Shown here: piece after piece, positions 59,570-64,000 of the stretch
Position numbering within the stretch: the first letter of the stretch is position 1
Layout of the letters: each line of letters opens with the position of its first letter
IMG/VR virus record: IMGVR_UViG_3300043754_000129
Location: 224,001-288,000 of that record
Strand: one strand, 5' to 3'
DNA: 64,000 nt
Source of the DNA: a virus
Lineage: Duplodnaviria; Caudoviricetes
Made by a program: the position numbers and the translations under genes
The notes under the pieces: model-generated
Database searches by the model: none
What the model was told of the DNA's origin: nothing
What the model saw: the letters and a program-made list of their open reading frames with translations, nothing else

Positions 59570-61891
59570 TTAGGTCGTCTTAGTGACCGACACTTTCATC
59601 GATTGAAGTCCGGCCGCGGTCCACGCAGCACCCGTATTCGGATCAGTCGTCTGAATCAACTGACTGTATCCGGTTTGGAAACCTGTGCCCGCACCTTGCG
59701 AGCCCTGGACACTCTTCGTGCCACTCACCACCCCTACCGCGCCGTTAGCACCCGCGCCCGAGTACTTTGCAAAGTAGCCTTCCACGATCACAGCCTGCAC
59801 CCGGTAGTTGGCCGGGATAGTCGGGTTCGTATTGAAGACGTCCGTCTGCCCTTGCGTGGCACTGTAGATCGAGCCTTCCGAATTGGAAAGCGTGGTGTTC
59901 ACAATACTTGCATGCGAGCCCGCATTGGACGTCGAGAACTGCGTACTCGAATCGCCATTGAGCGGATCAGGGATGATGTTAATCGTTCCCTGCTGCCCGT
60001 ACGCACCTGTCGGGTCGTTCGTCATGTTGGTCGTGTACATATCGTCCACAACCGTGAACTGACCGTTACGCGGCAGGTTCAGGTAGAGACCCGTGACACC
60101 CGTGTCCCCGGAAGGCGCGAGCTGCACTGGACTGCCCCCATTGAGCGGGCCAATGATCGACGTGTCAATCGCCCACTGCACCGTGAACTGATTGGGCTGC
60201 CCCGCCACCGAGGTGAAGATCAGTTCGTAGTAGTGAGTCAGCCCGGAAGCGATCGGCACGTTCTGTGCGCTACCCTGCGCAGTGGCCGAACCACTCCCTG
60301 GTGCCAGGTATGCCGAAACCGGCCGGTAGGTGTTGTTCCCGCTACCTGCCACCGCCCCCGGCATGATGCCTGCCCCCACGCTTTGACCAGTGGCGTTGTT
60401 CCACGGCACGAAGCTACCGTTGGATTGCGTGCCACCGTAGACACCCAGAAGCGATGCAGTGCCTGCGACCGTTTGCTCGGTGTAGTCCGGGTAGTACAGT
60501 GGCGTCCACGCAATACCGTCAGGTGAGACCGCAAGCACGGCGTTACTCAGACAGCCCGTCAAGACAAAGCGCAGGCCATCCCAGAACACCCCGGTGAAGG
60601 TGGAACCGCCCGATCCCGACCACAAGAAGCGATCGGACTTCGACCACGTGGCCCCGTCCTTCGAAGTCCACAGACAACCGTTACCCGTGAGAGGGTCACT
60701 ACCAACGGCCACCGCGATGGAGCCATTACAGTCCACCGAAGTCACCACGCCGGCGCCCACATTGAGCGGCTGTGCCCACACACCCGTAGTCGGACACTGG
60801 ATACTGCTCGGCGTGCCCGGATTGGCGATGGTGTAAATGCCGCCGTAACCCACCGAGATCCACACGTTACCACCCGCGAAGTAGCAGATGTCCAACTGCG
60901 TGGCCGGGATCGTCGAGCTATACAGCTGTTGCAACGACGTAATCGGCGTCATCGCCCATTGCGTGGTCTTCGCCTGCTGGGCATACGGCATCGCCTCACC
61001 GGACGTGGGCGAGAAGCCCGTCAAGCAGGCCCAGCCCGACTTGGTGCGACCGATCGAGTACCATTGCCGATTCGACGTGTTCGTGACGGCCGTCGTGCCC
61101 GAGTAGTACGTTGCGCCCCAGACCGTGTAGCCGGAACCCACAGCCGGAACAAAGCCCGGAATCAGCACCCAGCCGTTTGCATTGGTCGGCGGATAGGCAA
61201 AGAACTCATAGCCGCTCGGCGCGCCAGGCAAAGGCGTAATCGCTCCCACGCCGATGTACGAGTTCCAGTTCGTGGTGTTCAACATGACGGTCCACGACAC
61301 GCCACCGTTGGTCGAGCCATAGCCCGCCATCACGAACTGACCCGTACCGATACCCGTGTTGTTCTGAAACACCACGATGGCAGCATTCGCCCCCGAGCCA
61401 TACACTGCAATGCTCGAATACGGCGAGATGGCAGCAGGCTGGGCCTGGGTGAGGGTCCAGTTCTGCAAATCGGTGGAATGCACCACCACACCCGTCGTGC
61501 CGTTCAAGACTGCCACAGCCCAGTAGGTGCCCGCACCATCGTACTGAATCTGGTTACAGTAGTACGGGGCGACTTCCAACTGACTCACTTTGTTAAATGT
61601 AGCGGCCACGCCCACTGCGAAACCACCGCTTTGCCACGCGGCGTACACACTCTGATTGAGCGCATTCATTCCGAAGTCAGGCGCGTTCGCCGTTGCCATC
61701 GGCAACGCCGCGCTGTTCGAGTACGGACCCTTCAACATCAGGCCCGTGCCAGGAACACCAGTGCGCGACGGAACGCCGACTACCGTATTGCCGTTGATGG
61801 TGATGGACTGTGACGTCATCCATCCCTTCGCGGCAGTCAGGTCGCTTTGATCGAATGTTGCCTCAAAGCCTTCCGCCATCACTAAAGACAT
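59570..61891 (-). CDS. tail fibre/spike-like protein
   Basis: 773 aa G/S/T/A-rich; BNR-like S.DG.xW repeats; C-terminal domain shared with next gene. Confidence 0.75.
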   Translation of the reverse strand: MSLVMAEGFEATFDQSDLTAAKGWMTSQSITINGNTVVGVPSRTGVPGTGLMLKGPYSNSAALPMATANAPDFGMNALNQSVYAAWQSGGFAVGVAATFNKVSQLEVAPYYCNQIQYDGAGTYWAVAVLNGTTGVVVHSTDLQNWTLTQAQPAAISPYSSIAVYGSGANAAIVVFQNNTGIGTGQFVMAGYGSTNGGVSWTVMLNTTNWNSYIGVGAITPLPGAPSGYEFFAYPPTNANGWVLIPGFVPAVGSGYTVWGATYYSGTTAVTNTSNRQWYSIGRTKSGWACLTGFSPTSGEAMPYAQQAKTTQWAMTPITSLQQLYSSTIPATQLDICYFAGGNVWISVGYGGIYTIANPGTPSSIQCPTTGVWAQPLNVGAGVVTSVDCNGSIAVAVGSDPLTGNGCLWTSKDGATWSKSDRFLWSGSGGSTFTGVFWDGLRFVLTGCLSNAVLAVSPDGIAWTPLYYPDYTEQTVAGTASLLGVYGGTQSNGSFVPWNNATGQSVGAGIMPGAVAGSGNNTYRPVSAYLAPGSGSATAQGSAQNVPIASGLTHYYELIFTSVAGQPNQFTVQWAIDTSIIGPLNGGSPVQLAPSGDTGVTGLYLNLPRNGQFTVVDDMYTTNMTNDPTGAYGQQGTINIIPDPLNGDSSTQFSTSNAGSHASIVNTTLSNSEGSIYSATQGQTDVFNTNPTIPANYRVQAVIVEGYFAKYSGAGANGAVGVVSGTKSVQGSQGAGTGFQTGYSQLIQTTDPNTGAAWTAAGLQSMKVSVTKTT

Positions 61892-61900
61892 ACGTACCTC

Positions 61901-64000
61901 TTAGTTGATCTTGTTCGCCACCACATTCAAGGCGTTCAAGCCCGCTGCGGTCCAGGCCGCGCCAGTGTTCGGGTCGACCTGCGAGAGCGCAGCCGAGAAG
62001 AGTGGCGTCGCACTGTTGGCAGCCACTGTGTTACCCGCGACCACCTGACCGTTGCTGCTCATCTGAATCTGGCAGTTCGCACCGATCGGACCGTAAGCGG
62101 CGAAGAAGCCTTCGACCTGCACGGCATTGATCTTGTAACTTGCCGGCACGGTGTTGCTCGTGCTGTAGGTGTCCTTCACCCCCGGCGTGCTGGAGTACAC
62201 GTAACCCTCGGAGTTCGAGAGCGGCGTATTCACCGTCTTCGCATTGGTGTTGCCATTGATGCTGTTGGTGAGTTGATCGCTCACGTCGCCCGCAAGAGCC
62301 AGCGGCATCACGACTTGGGGGCCCAGTTGACCCACACCGATCGTCCCGGCGAAGTTCGTGAGATAGATGTCGTCGATCATCACGAAGTTACCAGTCTGCG
62401 GCAAGTTGAACAGCAGGCGCGAAGCACCCGTCGTGTCCGTGGTGGCCGCGAACTGCGCCGTTTGCGTACCCGGCAGGACCACGCCGTTGATGGCGTACTG
62501 CACCGTGAACTGGTTCGTCGTACCCGGGACCGCGGTTGCGATGATCTCGTAGTAGTTCGTCAGATTACCCGTACACGGGATGTTCTGCGCAGCATTGGCT
62601 ACGTTGGTCAGCGTCATGCCGGTCGTGGCGCCCGCGAGCGCAATCCCCTGCACCGTACGCGTGATCACGTTCAGACCTTGGGTCGCTGCACCCACCGTGA
62701 AGCCCAGGCCCGAAGCGAAGCCTGCGGTTGTGGCCGTGCTCCACGGCACGAACGAACCCGCATTCGACGTCGACGAGGTCGTGTCCAGATACGTACCAGC
62801 GGTCAGCGTACCCGAGTAGACGCCCGCCACGTTACCACTGGTCGTGCCGGCGGCTTCCGTGTAGTCCGGGTAGTAGAGCGCGTTCCACGCAATGCCGTCG
62901 GTCGACACCGCGATCACGTTGTTGTTCAAACCACCCGTGAGCACGAAGCGGTGACCGTCCCAGAAGACGTTCGTGAACGTGTTGTTCTGCACGGCGCTCG
63001 GCTCTTGGAAGAGGAAGCGATCCACCTTCGTCCAACTCGTACCGTTGTTCGTGTAGTAGATGGCCGAGGCATTCGTCACGGCATCGTGACCCACAGCAAC
63101 CGCCACCGTACCTGCCGTATTCACATCGCAGCTGAACACCGCAGCGCTCGCTACCTGCACCACGTTCGACCAAGCGGCCGTCGGTCCGAGCACGTTACCG
63201 ACCGTCCCCGATTGCGTGGCGATATAGATACCACCGTAACCCACCGCCACCCAGTAGCCGTTGATGTAGGTCATGTCGGCAATCTGGAAGCCCGGCAGTG
63301 AGCTGCCCGCCGTCCAGTTCGCGGCGGTCGCGATCCCCGAGTTGTTCGCCTGAATCCACGAGAAGTACGTGTTGACGGCGCCGTTGATGGTGGTCAGGGC
63401 CGTACCTGTCGTCCCCCAAGTCATCACGACGCCATTGACGAGCTTCGCAGCACCTGTTGAGTTCGCACCCGTGGCGACCAGCTGCGTCGCACTGATGGCC
63501 GTGAATGCCAGCGCGCTCGAGAGCAAGCCTACGCCCAGACCCGTGCCGCTCGAATACGGCAGGATGAAGGGTGCAGCACTGTTGCCCGTGGCGATCAAGT
63601 ACTTCGGGTTGGTGATGGCGGCCGAAGTCGTCCACGTCAGACCCATATTGGTCGTGTAGTAGATGGCATTGGCCAAGCTGTTCATGCTGTTCGACACGAT
63701 CACCGTCGCGCTCGAACCCGAACCCGAGATCGTGATGGTCGACTGTTGGGCGATGTTGGTGGGCTGCGTCGGGCACTGAATCCAGTTCTGGAGATCCGAC
63801 GAATAGCACACCACGTAGGTCGCAGCATTCAGACAGATCGCCCAGTAATACGTGCTGCCATCGTAACGAATCTGCTGCGGGTTGCTCGGCGCCACTTGCA
63901 GCTGAATCGTCTTGTTGAACGTGGCATTGAAGCCGATGGAGAAACCACCCGCTTGCCAGAGCGAATAGATCGACTGGCCCAGATCCTTCAAACCGAAGTC
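61901..64000 (-). CDS. tail fibre/spike-like protein, paralog of 59570-61891 (N-terminus outside window)
   Basis: frame open to window end; DFG..LxQS(V/I)Y..WQ.GGF, YYE(L/I)I..., DD(M/I)Y.TN, SNSEG shared. Confidence 0.75.
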   Translation of the reverse strand, partial: DFGLKDLGQSIYSLWQAGGFSIGFNATFNKTIQLQVAPSNPQQIRYDGSTYYWAICLNAATYVVCYSSDLQNWIQCPTQPTNIAQQSTITISGSGSSATVIVSNSMNSLANAIYYTTNMGLTWTTSAAITNPKYLIATGNSAAPFILPYSSGTGLGVGLLSSALAFTAISATQLVATGANSTGAAKLVNGVVMTWGTTGTALTTINGAVNTYFSWIQANNSGIATAANWTAGSSLPGFQIADMTYINGYWVAVGYGGIYIATQSGTVGNVLGPTAAWSNVVQVASAAVFSCDVNTAGTVAVAVGHDAVTNASAIYYTNNGTSWTKVDRFLFQEPSAVQNNTFTNVFWDGHRFVLTGGLNNNVIAVSTDGIAWNALYYPDYTEAAGTTSGNVAGVYSGTLTAGTYLDTTSSTSNAGSFVPWSTATTAGFASGLGFTVGAATQGLNVITRTVQGIALAGATTGMTLTNVANAAQNIPCTGNLTNYYEIIATAVPGTTNQFTVQYAINGVVLPGTQTAQFAATTDTTGASRLLFNLPQTGNFVMIDDIYLTNFAGTIGVGQLGPQVVMPLALAGDVSDQLTNSINGNTNAKTVNTPLSNSEGYVYSSTPGVKDTYSTSNTVPASYKINAVQVEGFFAAYGPIGANCQIQMSSNGQVVAGNTVAANSATPLFSAALSQVDPNTGAAWTAAGLNALNVVANKIN

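Noticed and set aside
1-64000. CRISPR array, integrase, transposase, intein or rRNA
   Set aside because: No regularly spaced DNA repeats, recombinase/transposase motifs, intein termini or rRNA signatures were seen by eye

Overview
64 kb of a large lytic phage genome, most likely a phiKZ-like (Chimalliviridae-type) jumbo phage of a Burkholderiales host. The host inference comes from dcd and ppiB, which look like Burkholderia/Ralstonia proteins. The phage-type inference comes from hairpin+TTTATGCC terminators, A/S-x-E head-protein motifs and a gp68-like ORF. Nearly all genes are densely packed on the minus strand; one papain-like protease is on the plus strand. The window is accessory-rich. It holds RNA 2'-phosphotransferase (KptA/Tpt1), DHFR, a CbiT-like methyltransferase, a cyclophilin, a metallophosphatase, a DEDD exoribonuclease, a lytic transglycosylase, two orphan HigA-like regulators, a NARP1-type NAD+ reconstitution pair (Prs-like + Nampt-like), dCTP deaminase with insertions, an Ntn/proteasome-like protein, a CAP-domain lipoprotein and tail-fibre genes at the right end. 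The most striking region is the RNA cluster at 14.1-15.55 kb. Six near-canonical tRNAs are interleaved with three tRNA-shaped RNAs whose anticodon arms are non-canonical and carry self-complementary loops. The cluster is headed by a roughly 450-550 nt highly structured non-coding RNA containing an embedded tRNA-like domain, GNRA hairpins and an H-type pseudoknot. A 29-nt phage-specific promoter-like motif recurs six times. All protein-family calls come from motif recognition by eye, not from database searches.
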